Shown piece after piece: positions 1 through 10,300 of a stretch of 64,000 bases of DNA (positions are counted from its first letter, which is position 1; each line of letters starts with the position of its first letter). This stretch comes from a virus. Below the pieces are notes generated by a model that worked only from the letters and a program-made list of their open reading frames with translations, ran no database searches and was not told the origin of the DNA. The position numbers were made by a program, and so were the translations under genes. Where the stretch lies: IMG/VR virus record IMGVR_UViG_3300022902_000008; one strand, given 5' to 3'.

Positions 1-285
1 GCAAAAAAATATACTAAAAGAGCAGTCACAGTTAGGGCAAAACAAATCAAATTAAAAAAAGATAATGCCATTCCAGTTGTTCAAACCTTAGAGGGAACAA
101 TGAGAGGAAAAGAGGGTGACTATTTAATTGAGGGTATAAAAGGCGAGTTATATATTTGTGATCAAGAAATTTTTAACGAAACATATAGTTCAAGTTCGGA
201 TGAAAAGAAAGAACTAAATAAGCCAACACGCCCAGGCATCAGAGTAATAAAAGAAAGTAATGATAAACCAATTAAAAACAAGTAG
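1..285 (+). CDS. PGDYG-like conserved phage protein, 5' end outside window
   Basis: Open frame from base 1: YTKRAVTVRAKQ...TLEGTMRGKEGDYLIEGIKGELYIC..EIFNETY. Confidence 0.7.
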   Translation, partial: AKKYTKRAVTVRAKQIKLKKDNAIPVVQTLEGTMRGKEGDYLIEGIKGELYICDQEIFNETYSSSSDEKKELNKPTRPGIRVIKESNDKPIKNK

Positions 286-295
286 GAGAGAAAAA

Positions 296-547
296 ATGAT
301 TAAGAATTATAAATTTTCAAAAGAAGTAGTTGCAAGATTAATGCTTATTCTACAAGAAGCCATTATGTTAGAACAAGATGCTGGTCAATTGATTGAAAAT
401 ATCGTTTTGACTGAATCAAATAGAGAACTTGATGATGGTAAGGTTGAATTAACTCTTACAAACAAATATGTCGGTTCATTGTCTGAAGAAACTGCAAAAG
501 CTGTTGAAGATTTTATCGGAACCAATGTTGATGGAAAAGAAGAATAA
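296..547 (+). CDS. Hypothetical protein
   Basis: ATG at 296 after GGAG; in operon. Confidence 0.6.
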   Translation: MIKNYKFSKEVVARLMLILQEAIMLEQDAGQLIENIVLTESNRELDDGKVELTLTNKYVGSLSEETAKAVEDFIGTNVDGKEE

Positions 548-869
548 AGAAAATATTCAAGTCGGAGATTTAATTTGGATTAAGAAAGCATATGCTTGGG
601 CTAACAGTAATTATCAATTTAAGATGTATGATAAAAGACACAAAATAAAAGAATTAGGAGTAATTTATGTTGGGCCAGCAATTGTTGAGGAGTTAGTTTC
701 AAAAGAAGAAAAGTTACATGATTTTATTGATTGTTATTTAAATAGAACATTGATTAGAGCAAAGCTTCTTAAGGAAATAGAACTTAAGGTCAAGAATTAT
801 GGTAAGTGGCATGATGTTAAGGATGACATGGTTTTGGTTTCAATAAATGAATGGAGTTATGTGCAATGA
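531..869 (+). CDS. SH3/KOW-like paralogue family member
   Basis: IQVGDLIWIK...YVGPAIV; start moved to 531. Confidence 0.7.
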   Translation: MEKKNKENIQVGDLIWIKKAYAWANSNYQFKMYDKRHKIKELGVIYVGPAIVEELVSKEEKLHDFIDCYLNRTLIRAKLLKEIELKVKNYGKWHDVKDDMVLVSINEWSYVQ

Positions 870-1002
870 AAAGTTATTTAGCAAAAGATGAGCTATTAGA
901 ATTAGTCCTAAAATTAATTAAAGATAAAAAAGAACAATTTAAATATAGTATTAATTACAATTACTTGTTCGTTAAAAATAAATATTTTAAATAGTTTCGA
1001 GA

Positions 1003-1425
1003 TTGATGGAGGGTAAAATGGATGGTGACTTGTTAAAAGAACGTAATGTCTTGGAAGAGGCAAATTGCTTGTCAGCAACAAAAGCAATTGAACTTATTAT
1101 TTGTGCCTTAACACAAAAAAACAATAAATTATTTTGTAGAGACTATAAAAATAATAATATATTGTGGTTTGAAAATAATAATGTTTCTATATATGTTCAA
1201 AAGTTTTTTTTGAGTTATTGTATATCTCTAGACAAGCTTGATTGTAAACATAATATAAAAAGAACTATTTTTAATAGATGTTTATTTAAATTTGGAAAAT
1301 ATAGACATTTATTAAGGCAACTTAACCCTATTATCATAAATAAGTCATTAATCAATAATAAAAGGCATGAAATGATTAGAAAAGAGGTTGAAAGAGAGTT
1401 CTTAAATGGGGTTGTTAATAATTAA
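1003..1425 (+). CDS. Hypothetical protein
   Basis: 140 aa ORF; true start may be 1018 after GGAGGG. Confidence 0.55.
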   Translation: MMEGKMDGDLLKERNVLEEANCLSATKAIELIICALTQKNNKLFCRDYKNNNILWFENNNVSIYVQKFFLSYCISLDKLDCKHNIKRTIFNRCLFKFGKYRHLLRQLNPIIINKSLINNKRHEMIRKEVEREFLNGVVNN

Positions 1426-1443
1426 TTAGTGGGAGAAAATAAG

Positions 1444-2244
1444 ATGAATGATGGATCTGTTGATAACATAAGCAAAGAAGTTGAGGAACTTTCAACTATT
1501 TCAAATAATAATAATTGGTCTAGTGTTAGAACTATTAATGAAAATTATGAGCTAATTGAAACAAAATATTCTTTTGGCACAAGAAAATGTTATAAAGCAT
1601 TGAAGCAAAAAACATATGAAGATTTGCAGGCTTCAAGAGGTATTGATGTTGACTCGCCTGAATGGGAATTGGTTGTAAATAATGTAAAAAATGAAATTGT
1701 CAATATAAAAGAGCCAGATTTAGTTCGCATTAATGAGTTGACTGAAATTCAAAACAGATATTCTATTAGCTTTAAAAACAGAATGGCTGAATTAGGTTTT
1801 AGGGTTCCGAAACTTTTAAAACATTATAAAGAAGATAATTATGACATAAAGGGATATGATGTTGTTGATTTAAACATATTGATTGGCAAACATTTAGGTT
1901 ATAATGTTAAAAAATATGATTTTAATTCAGATTGCATAGAAAGTCTTGATGTCGATGATTGTGGGTTAATTGTTTGTTATCACATGTTAGAACACTTAAC
2001 AGATCCTTTAAGGGCAATAAAGAAAATTTATGAATCTATGGGAAATGATTGTTATCTTCATGTTGAAGTGCCAATCGAACAAGGAATTCCAAGGGTTAGG
2101 TATGGACACATGTTTGCATTTGAAGTTCATGATCTTTACCACATGTTAAAAATGTCTGGTTTTGAAGTTTTAAATACGTCAAACAAAACACACACAAACC
2201 CTCCAGGTCCGCATATCGAAAGATATTTAGCAGTAAAAAAATAA
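1444..2244 (+). CDS. Class I SAM-dependent methyltransferase-like protein
   Basis: YHMLEHLTDPLRAIKKIYESM...LHVEVP; motif I divergent (ELGF); RBS GGGAG before ATG 1444. Confidence 0.7.
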   Translation: MNDGSVDNISKEVEELSTISNNNNWSSVRTINENYELIETKYSFGTRKCYKALKQKTYEDLQASRGIDVDSPEWELVVNNVKNEIVNIKEPDLVRINELTEIQNRYSISFKNRMAELGFRVPKLLKHYKEDNYDIKGYDVVDLNILIGKHLGYNVKKYDFNSDCIESLDVDDCGLIVCYHMLEHLTDPLRAIKKIYESMGNDCYLHVEVPIEQGIPRVRYGHMFAFEVHDLYHMLKMSGFEVLNTSNKTHTNPPGPHIERYLAVKK

Positions 2245-2266
2245 CTAAACAATGGGAGAAAATAAG

Positions 2267-3238
2267 ATGAGCAAAGTTAGTAAAAAACTAGAAAAAGAAT
2301 TAGAATTTAAAGTACCATTGAGAAATAAATTGTTTCTTCCAGTTGTGGAGTTGTTTGACAATCTAAGGAAAGAAGCCGCTGTGGAAATGGCAGAAGAGTT
2401 TGAGAGACAGTTTGAAGAGAGCGAGGGTAAAAGAGAACAAACTGTGTTAGAGCAAAGAATGCAGAGGATTGTTGACTTAACTCAATTAACGCTAGGCGGG
2501 AAAGGAACAAGGTACTCAGGCCCGTTGTCAATTAAACCTTGGGAAGAAACAGAAAATATGGTGTTGTTCCCCAAATCAAATAAAATTTGGAATGGTGCTG
2601 ATGGTAATGAAAGTGGGTTAAATTTTGGGGCAAGCTGTGGTCATTTTTGTTGGTCAGTTGTTAGTAGCTTAGTTTCTGACTCAAATAGATCTTGGCGCAC
2701 AGGCAGACAATCTCAGTTAATCACAGACGTTGTTTCTAAAAAAATCAAAGGTAGAACTATTAATGGGTATGGTAATTATTTTGTTCCTGTTGTTGATAAG
2801 TGGACAAAAGGAAAGTATCTTGGTTCATGGTTGCATGACAATGTTGATAAGCTAGGAAGGATTAATGTTATACATATGTCTCATCATGTTGTATTGTGTT
2901 TGAAGTTTGATGATGAGTTTATGATTTTCGATCCAATTACTGGAGAACCAATGCCAAAAAATACTCCAGTGGAATTTGCAGCAAATGGACATTATATTAA
3001 AAGAGATGGTAAAAAATATTATAGTGGTAAAAAACATACATTTCAACCATATAGCTCAAATAGAACAGTTTCTCAAAGATGGAAGTTATGTAGGTTGGAA
3101 GGGTTAGATGATGATTGTCAGTTTAATTTTGGTTCAGTTAAAAATGCAGTTCTTAAGCCTATTGTTCTTGAAGGTCTAGAACATATTACAGATCGAACTC
3201 CTACTTTAGAAGATGCAAAAGAAGCCGGTCTTTTTTAA
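2267..3238 (+). CDS. Hypothetical protein, possible Cys/His peptidase-like fold
   Basis: 323 aa ORF; SCGHFCW and HHVVL segments are only suggestive. Confidence 0.6.
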   Translation: MSKVSKKLEKELEFKVPLRNKLFLPVVELFDNLRKEAAVEMAEEFERQFEESEGKREQTVLEQRMQRIVDLTQLTLGGKGTRYSGPLSIKPWEETENMVLFPKSNKIWNGADGNESGLNFGASCGHFCWSVVSSLVSDSNRSWRTGRQSQLITDVVSKKIKGRTINGYGNYFVPVVDKWTKGKYLGSWLHDNVDKLGRINVIHMSHHVVLCLKFDDEFMIFDPITGEPMPKNTPVEFAANGHYIKRDGKKYYSGKKHTFQPYSSNRTVSQRWKLCRLEGLDDDCQFNFGSVKNAVLKPIVLEGLEHITDRTPTLEDAKEAGLF

Positions 3239-3253
3239 AAACCCACCTTTTCA

Positions 3254-3284
3254 GGTTAACAAACCAAGTCAACTATGCTACAAT
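3254..3284 (+). promoter_or_regulatory. Early promoter copy 1, leaderless
   Basis: GGTTAACA, 17 bp, TGc TACAAT; ATG 7 nt downstream at 3292. Confidence 0.8.
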
Positions 3285-3291
3285 GCTTCTT

Positions 3292-3504
3292 ATGAAATGG
3301 ATTAAGCCAACAAAAGAACAACTAGAGGGGTTAAAAGCTGGAACAATTATCTGGTTTAAACACATAAAGTATGATAATGAAAGTGTTTTTGTTATAATAG
3401 GAAGAAGTTCCCATCCTTCCCTTGATTATGAGGTCAAAATGTCAGGCGGTGAAATTGGAGACATATTTAAAAAAGAGATCAAATATATATTAAAGGAAGG
3501 TTGA
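3292..3504 (+). CDS. SH3/KOW-like family member (divergent)
   Basis: LKAGTIIWFK...YEVK...IFKKEI. Confidence 0.55.
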   Translation: MKWIKPTKEQLEGLKAGTIIWFKHIKYDNESVFVIIGRSSHPSLDYEVKMSGGEIGDIFKKEIKYILKEG

Positions 3505-3809
3505 TGATGATGTGTGAACCTAAAAAACGGTTTTTTAAAGTTTGGATCAAGGATCTGTCACATAATAAAGTTAGAAAATATAATTGGAGTTTTTGGATTA
3601 AATATCAAGGCTTAGCAATAATGGAAGAGTATAATTATAAAAACGGGTTATTTAAATCATATATCACACTAACCAATACTGTTGATAGACACGACAGCTA
3701 TTCAGGTACAATCAATAAAAATTGTATTCAAAAACTTACAACATCAAATAATATTTTGGAACTTATTCGTGATGGCTGTTTAGATGTTATTGAAGAGTTG
3801 AAAATTTAA
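3501..3809 (+). CDS. SH3/KOW-like family member
   Basis: KVWIK...YQGLAIM. Confidence 0.6.
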   Translation: MMMMCEPKKRFFKVWIKDLSHNKVRKYNWSFWIKYQGLAIMEEYNYKNGLFKSYITLTNTVDRHDSYSGTINKNCIQKLTTSNNILELIRDGCLDVIEELKI

Positions 3810-3909
3810 TTAAACTTCCTTTTAAATCGATTTTCTTCTTTATGCGTAGAAAGGTATATGCTAAGTTAGAAAAGCCTGTAGCGTTTGAATTTGAATTTCT
3901 AGCTAGCTA

Positions 3910-3937
3910 TTTGGGGGCTTATATGCACAATAAAAAA
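3910..3937 (+). repeat. Dispersed intergenic repeat, partial copy
   Basis: TTTGGGGGCTTATATGCACAATAAAAAA, 24/28 identical to the core of the 35583 copy. Confidence 0.6.
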
Positions 3938-4041
3938 ACAACAAAAATATAACAGTGGTTAATGGGAAATATTTGAAAACAACAAACAAGAAGTGAGGTA
4001 AAAATGTCAAAAATTTATTATGTTGATGAGGAATAATTAAT

Positions 4042-4302
4042 ATGGTGAAAACTTTAAAGTGGACTAAAAAGAAAGGTTCATATAAAGAAGGAACATTCTC
4101 ACTTGGAGATATTGTTTGGTCAATTGATAATAAGTTGTATATAATCACATCTAAACTTAGTCATATTAATTGTATGAGCTTTTTGCTAGAAGAAAACTAT
4201 TTTGTTGATAATGTTTATAATAAAAAAAGACGGCCCTTAAAAAACATTACTATAAAATTTGTTAAAAGGGTTAATAAAGACATGTGGGAGGAAATAAAAT
4301 GA
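4042..4302 (+). CDS. SH3/KOW-like family member (divergent)
   Basis: FSLGDIVWS. Confidence 0.5.
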   Translation: MVKTLKWTKKKGSYKEGTFSLGDIVWSIDNKLYIITSKLSHINCMSFLLEENYFVDNVYNKKRRPLKNITIKFVKRVNKDMWEEIK

Positions 4303-4847
4303 ACAAAGAGCAAGTCAAGTTTCCAGATAAAAAATATAATATCATTTATGCTGACCCTCCTTGGAATTATAATGATAAGGCGTCGGCAGGAAAGAGAGGG
4401 GCTTCTTTTAAATATAACACAATGACATTAGGGGAAATTAAAGATCTTCCTGTTAATAATATTTCAGAAGATAATTGTATTCTTTTCTTGTGGGTTACAT
4501 TTCCTCAGTTGCCAAACGCTTTTGAGGTTATGAAAGAGTGGGGCTTTGAGTATAAGACTGTTGCTTTTAATTGGGTCAAAAAGAATAAAAAGTCTGACTC
4601 ATGGTTTTGGGGAATGGGCAACTGGACAAGATCAAACCCTGAAGTTTGTTTATTGGCGACAAGAGGTAAGCCAAAGAGAATCTCAGCAAGTATTCATTCA
4701 GTAATTGACACACCAATTGAAGGACACAGCAAGAAGCCTGATGAAGCAAGAAAAAGGATTGTTGAGTTGTGTGGAGACTTACCAAGAATTGAATTATTTG
4801 CAAGAGATAAAGTTGATGGTTGGGATTGTTGGGGGGATGAAGTTTAA
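4299..4847 (+). CDS. MT-A70 family N6-adenine methyltransferase
   Basis: YNIIYADPPW, LFLWVT, HSKKP, RIELFAR motifs; RBS GGGAGG. Confidence 0.93.
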   Translation: MNKEQVKFPDKKYNIIYADPPWNYNDKASAGKRGASFKYNTMTLGEIKDLPVNNISEDNCILFLWVTFPQLPNAFEVMKEWGFEYKTVAFNWVKKNKKSDSWFWGMGNWTRSNPEVCLLATRGKPKRISASIHSVIDTPIEGHSKKPDEARKRIVELCGDLPRIELFARDKVDGWDCWGDEV

Positions 4848-4866
4848 AAAAATAACACATAAAGAT

Positions 4867-4897
4867 GGTTAACAAATGGGGTTCTTTGTGTTATGAT
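4867..4897 (+). promoter_or_regulatory. Early promoter copy 2, leaderless
   Basis: GGTTAACA-17-TGt TATGAT; ATG at 4904. Confidence 0.8.
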
Positions 4898-4903
4898 ACT
4901 CAT

Positions 4904-5173
4904 ATGACAGAATATAAAAGATATTATAGAATTGAAGATATTAGAAGGGGAGATATCGTTTGGTTAAGCATTAAGGAGTTTAACAACTCTATTAAGGATA
5001 GCTATTATGGTCTTGCAATAATTGATGCAAGGGAAGGGAGTTGGTCAAAACATGACTATAGCGTATATTTAAGTCAACAATATCTTGGCAATATCAACAT
5101 TGCAATAGGAAAAGAAGAGATTAAGTTTGCTTGGAAGGAGGGCAGATGGGTTTCAATTATGTTCCAAAAGTAG
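4904..5173 (+). CDS. SH3/KOW-like family member
   Basis: IRRGDIVWL...YYGLAII...IGKEEI. Confidence 0.75.
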   Translation: MTEYKRYYRIEDIRRGDIVWLSIKEFNNSIKDSYYGLAIIDAREGSWSKHDYSVYLSQQYLGNINIAIGKEEIKFAWKEGRWVSIMFQK

Positions 5174-5364
5174 GGGAAACTGTTTGGGTTGAGCTTGGGG
5201 GCAAACATAATTATGTTGGTCCAGCATATTGTTATTATGTTAAAAAAGGCTCAGTTCGAACAATAATTTGGCTTAAATGGTCTAAAGGTGAAAATGTATT
5301 TGTTTCGGATAGGACAGATAGAGATAATAATATTATTAAACTTGAAAAAATAGAAGATGTATAG
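5146..5364 (+). CDS. SH3/KOW-like family member
   Basis: PKVGETVWV...YVGPAY. Confidence 0.7.
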   Translation: MGFNYVPKVGETVWVELGGKHNYVGPAYCYYVKKGSVRTIIWLKWSKGENVFVSDRTDRDNNIIKLEKIEDV

Positions 5365-5608
5365 ATCTGAAAAAATATGGATTAAAAAAAGCTTTAAAGC
5401 TGATAATATAGAATATTATTATATTGGTCCAGCATTGATGGAACAAAAGAGCAGTACAGCCATTATATTGTTTCCAAATAAAATATTTATGAAAAACAAT
5501 GCTAGTGGGTTATTTTTTAAGTCAGAAATTCCTGCTACAAAATATTTCCATTCAAACACAGTGAGAAGGTTGATTAGGTCTAACATAATAGAAAAACTGG
5601 AGGAATAA
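5357..5608 (+). CDS. SH3/KOW-like family member (IWIK subtype)
   Basis: KIWIKK...YIGPALM...ILFPNKI. Confidence 0.7.
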   Translation: MYRSEKIWIKKSFKADNIEYYYIGPALMEQKSSTAIILFPNKIFMKNNASGLFFKSEIPATKYFHSNTVRRLIRSNIIEKLEE

Positions 5609-5610
5609 AA

Positions 5611-6081
5611 ATGAAAGAAGAACTAGAAAAAAAGTTATATGAAAAATATCCTAAGATTTTTGCACAAAAAGATTTATCTCCACAAGAAACTTGTATGTGT
5701 TGGGGGTTGCCTGGGGATGGGTGGTATGATTTAATTGATTGTTTGTGCGGTGTTGTTCAAAATATAGTTAATAATGCTGAGAGAACTAATAAGGTTGTTG
5801 ATGATTGTATTGCAAAGGGTGAAAAGCCACCATATGAAAAGGTCCATATTCCTTATGTGGAAGCTGGACAAGTTAAAGAAAAGTTTGGAACGTTGCGTTT
5901 TTATATTGATGGTGGAAATGATGTGATCAACGGTGCAATTTGGATGGCAGAAAATATGTCAGCTTATATTTGTGAGAATTGTGGTGACTCAGGAAAACTT
6001 CGTGGTCGGGGTTGGGTAAAAACATTATGTGATGGTTGTGCAAAAGAAAGTGACTCTAATGAGGGAAAGAAGGATGATTGA
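5611..6081 (+). CDS. Conserved phage protein with C-terminal Zn ribbon
   Basis: GDGW...QVKEKFGTLRFY...CENCG...GWVKTLCDGC. Confidence 0.75.
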   Translation: MKEELEKKLYEKYPKIFAQKDLSPQETCMCWGLPGDGWYDLIDCLCGVVQNIVNNAERTNKVVDDCIAKGEKPPYEKVHIPYVEAGQVKEKFGTLRFYIDGGNDVINGAIWMAENMSAYICENCGDSGKLRGRGWVKTLCDGCAKESDSNEGKKDD

Positions 6082-6280
6082 GGGAGTTTTATCGCTAGTT
6101 GTTGGGTTTGTTTTAATTGGCATTGGGTTTTTTGTTGGGACAAATGTTAAAATGTTCAAAGAGATTAATTTTGTTCAAAAATATTTGCCAGGAAAAGATG
6201 CTGAAGAGTATCTTGAACTATATGATAAAATGATAGCTAATTACAAAAAAGATATAATTGAAAATGCAAGTAAAAAATAA
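6074..6280 (+). CDS. Small membrane protein
   Basis: N-terminal hydrophobic helix VLSLVVGFVLIGIGFFVG. Confidence 0.6.
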   Translation: MIEGVLSLVVGFVLIGIGFFVGTNVKMFKEINFVQKYLPGKDAEEYLELYDKMIANYKKDIIENASKK

Positions 6281-6518
6281 TTATGCTTCTGGAGATCTTG
6301 TATGGGTTAAGATTCCAAATATGGAAGATTTTCTTCCACATTATCATATTGTTTCTAATCATGGTGGGTATGTTGGGCTTGCTATAATCAGCTATAAGAT
6401 TGGGATAGGAAAAGAAAATCCTATAAAATATAATTACGCTTGCAAGCTGCCAGTGAAATTTGAGTCTTTTTATGGTTTTAATGTTAGGGATGAATGGATC
6501 ATTAGAAAGGTAAAATGA
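6264..6518 (+). CDS. SH3/KOW-like family member
   Basis: YASGDLVWVK...YVGLAII...VRDEWI. Confidence 0.75.
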   Translation: MQVKNNYASGDLVWVKIPNMEDFLPHYHIVSNHGGYVGLAIISYKIGIGKENPIKYNYACKLPVKFESFYGFNVRDEWIIRKVK

Positions 6519-6754
6519 GCAAATATAAAATAGGTGATGTTGTTTGGGTTGATGGAAAGTTTTCAAATTGGGAATATAAATTGATCGGGCCAGTTGTTAT
6601 TATGGGAGATGAAGTTGATATTATGTCAGGGCTTTATCGTTCTGATGCGGATTATATTGTTAATAGAGTTAATTATCATTTTGAACTTCTGGGATCAATA
6701 GTGAGATCTACAATCAGAGAAGAGTGGATTAAATATAGGGTTAAAAATGCTTAA
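6515..6754 (+). CDS. SH3/KOW-like family member
   Basis: YKIGDVVWVD...IGPVVI...IREEWI. Confidence 0.75.
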   Translation: MSKYKIGDVVWVDGKFSNWEYKLIGPVVIMGDEVDIMSGLYRSDADYIVNRVNYHFELLGSIVRSTIREEWIKYRVKNA

Positions 6755-7082
6755 AAATTTAAGAGATATTAAAAAGGGTGATATAGTTTGGGTTAATAAT
6801 TTAGAATATACTCCGTCGTGGATGCCTTCAAAATTAAAACTTTATAAACATAACTATGTTGGCTTTGGCATTGTTAGCTATAATCATTCAAGTAATTTTT
6901 CTATATTATTAAATGTTTCACATATGGATGTAGATATTTTTTCTATTAATAAAAATAAAACAAAAAAATGGCTTGGAAAAAACACTAGTGTTACTATATT
7001 TGAACGTAAAGAGATTTGTTCAATTAGAAAGAATAAACACACTGCAAAATATGTTACAATAATAGGAAATATTAATGATTAG
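6747..7082 (+). CDS. SH3/KOW-like family member
   Basis: IKKGDIVWVN...YVGFGIV. Confidence 0.75.
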   Translation: MLKNLRDIKKGDIVWVNNLEYTPSWMPSKLKLYKHNYVGFGIVSYNHSSNFSILLNVSHMDVDIFSINKNKTKKWLGKNTSVTIFERKEICSIRKNKHTAKYVTIIGNIND

Positions 7083-7392
7083 CTTAAACATTAATAAAGG
7101 AGACTTGTTATGGTTTAACAATGTTGAAATGCATGGTAATTTAGTTGAAGGAAATAAATATATACAAATTATTAAATATGTTGGGCCAGGGATTGTTAAG
7201 GAGGTTTTTGCATATAATAATTGTTTCAAAGTTAAGCCATTAAATAATGTAGGGGTAGGGGAGATAATATATAAAATTATTGATGGAGAGGGGTTGGTGT
7301 ATGATCAACATAACACTAAAGGCGAGCGTTATTGTTTTCTTGTAGACAAGCGACAAGTTAAAAATCTAAATCAGATGATAAAAAGGATATAA
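7075..7392 (+). CDS. SH3/KOW-like family member
   Basis: INKGDLLWFN...YVGPGIV. Confidence 0.75.
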   Translation: MISLNINKGDLLWFNNVEMHGNLVEGNKYIQIIKYVGPGIVKEVFAYNNCFKVKPLNNVGVGEIIYKIIDGEGLVYDQHNTKGERYCFLVDKRQVKNLNQMIKRI

Positions 7393-7393
7393 A

Positions 7394-10300
7394 ATGAAAT
7401 ATGCTTTAGTTCACATTCACTCCAATTTTTCGACATTGGATGCACCTTCTAAGATAAAAAACATCGTCAAAAAGGCAAAAGATATTGGATGTCCTGGCGT
7501 ATCAATTTCTGATCATGGTGTTGCTGGCGGATTGTTGCAAGCATATAATGAATGTAAGTCGCAGGATATCAACTTTATTCCAGGTGTTGAATTTTATGTA
7601 AATAACAATAGAGACTTTAAAGACAAAACAAATAGAAAGAATTTTCACTTATGTTTATTTGCAAAAAACTATGAGGGTTATAAAGATTTAATTTGGTTAC
7701 AAGGAGAGTCAACATATAATTTTTATGGCAAGCCAAGGACAACAAATGAACTTATTTTACAAAAAGCAAAAAAAGGAAATCTTATATGCACAACCGCTTG
7801 TCTTGGTTCTGAATTACATCATTATTTTAAAAACAATGAAATATGCTCAGCAAAAGAGTGGATAAAGAAGTATTACAATGTTTTTGGTGATGATCTTTAC
7901 TTAGAACTACAAATAAACGAACTTACAAAAGAACAAAAAGCTTATAATGATAAACTAATTCAGATTTCCAATAAGACAGGCATAAGTTTAACCCTGGGTT
8001 TAGACTCTCATTATGTTGAAAAGGAAGATTGGTTTCTTCAACAGTTAACATTTCTCATTAGGGACAAAAAGACAGTAAAGAGCTTGGAAAGTAATGATGA
8101 CTCTGGGGAGGAAAAGGGAAAGAAAGATGAGGCATGGCAATTTGAAACAAAAAGTCTTTGGATAAAAACACCTGAAGAAGTTATAGAGTGTAATAAGGAG
8201 TTTGGTTATAATTATTCAATAGACTTTATTAAGAGGTTGTTTAGTTCAACTTTAGAAATCAACTCTAAGGTAGATGTTGAAATTCCTTTTTATGACTATA
8301 AGTTTCCTAAACACAAACATCAGGGTGACATATCTTCAAAACAATTATTGATCAACAAGGCTAAGAGTGGGTTAAAACAAAAGTTAAGTGAAGGTAAGGT
8401 TAAAGAAAAAGACATACCTACTTATGTTGATAGAATAAAAGAAGAGATTGATGTCTTAACTAACCATGGAAGAGATTTCTCAGACTATTTTTTGTTTTTT
8501 GATGATATCAAGAACTTTGTATATGAACAAGGTGGTATGTTGGGTGCTGGTCGAGGTTCTGCTTGCGCCAGCTTGCTATTGTGGTTGCTTGATATAACGA
8601 AGCTAGATCCAATAAAGGATGGTTTGATTTTCGAAAGGTTTATTAATAAAGCAAGGCTGGAGACAGATGCAGCAGATCTTGACATTGATATTAGTAGTGA
8701 TGAGTTGCCGTTGGTCGAAGAGTGGCTAAAGAAAAGATATGGTGAACGCTCTGTTTGTTCTGTGGGCAATTACACTAAGTTCAGTATAAAAAATACAATA
8801 AAAGATGTTGCAAGGGCCTTGGCAGTTGATGATGACTTAAAAGTGATTAACAACATCACTAAAACATTAAATGATAAAAGTGAGGATGTCAATGAGGAGT
8901 GGGCATTAGCAGCAAAAAGGTTTAAAAAGAATTCTAGGGAATACAAATGGCTAGAAAAACATGAGAGAGATGTTCTTAAGTGGAGTAGCAAGTTGGTTGG
9001 CTGTATTAGAAATGTGGGCCAACACGCTTCAGGGCTTGTTGTTGTGCCTGGAGAATTGTATGATCATGTTCCATTGTTGTATCATAAGAAAAAGACGTTG
9101 ACAGCCTATGTAGAGGGCGTTGAATATCGAGAACTTCCACAAGTAGGGGTGTTAAAGTTAGATTTGCTTGGATTGTCAACAGCAGCTATTATTAACAATA
9201 CAATAAAGTTGATTAAAGAGAGACATGATGACTTTCCCTATGATCAAAAAACAATATTTGATATTGATAGAGAAGACAAGAATATTTTAGATGAGTTTGC
9301 AAAAGGGAACACTGATAATTGTTTTCAGTTTGAGTCTGATGGCATGAAAAGCTTATTACAAAATATTTGTGTTAGTAGTTTTAGTGATGTTGTTTTGTGC
9401 AATGCATTATATCGTCCTGGGGCTTTAGGTGCTAATATGCATAATGTGGCTGTTGAAAATAAATTTAAGGGTGATGATATTACATATGTGCATCCGAAAG
9501 TCAAAGGTATTGTAGAAAAGACCTACGGAGTTCCAGCATTTCAGGAGCAAGTTTTGTTCACATTGCAAAAAATTGGCAACTTAAGTTTAAGTGAGAGTGA
9601 TTTGGCTAGAAAAACAATCAAAGCTTTAGGTAAGGCAAAGAAGAGTCCAGAAGAGTTAGAAAAGCTTAATGCATTTTTAAAAACATTTGCAAAGGGTGCA
9701 AAAGAAAATGGCCTTAATGATAAGGAGGTTAGCAAGATTTTAGAGTGGTTAAGAGCAAGCAGTGATTATTCATTCAACAAGTCACACTCAGCAGCATATT
9801 CATTAAACTCATATATTACGTTATGGTTAAAAAAGAATTATCCAATTGAATTCTTTACTGCTGTTTTAGCGAATGTACAATCTAACGAAGAAAAATTATA
9901 TACAACTTTAAGTGAGGCAAGAAAAAATAATGTAAAAATAAATTATATCGATATTAATGAATCTGGTTGGGATTTTTTTATTGTTGATAATGAGATTTAT
10001 TGTGGCTTTGGTTTTCTTAAGGGTACAAGTAAAAAAGATATTAACAAGGTGCTAGCTCTAAGGCCATTTACATCTATAAATGATTTTATACAAAAGGCAT
10101 TGGAACATGGCATATCAAAGAAAACAGTTTATCCATTGATTCAAACAGGTATTACGAGAAATATACATTCTAATGGTAGAGAATTAATAGAGATATATGA
10201 GAGAACAAAAAAGATTTGCAAAAGGAAAAGTTTTGAGTGGGATCAAATTGATGATATAATTACTGAAGTTAGCTTAGAAGATCTTAAGCCATACAACAAA

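Noticed and set aside
1429-2269. Identical MGENKM N-termini of two adjacent ORFs
   Set aside because: This is a shared RBS/spacer (GGGAGAAAATAAGATG). The true starts are 1444 and 2267.
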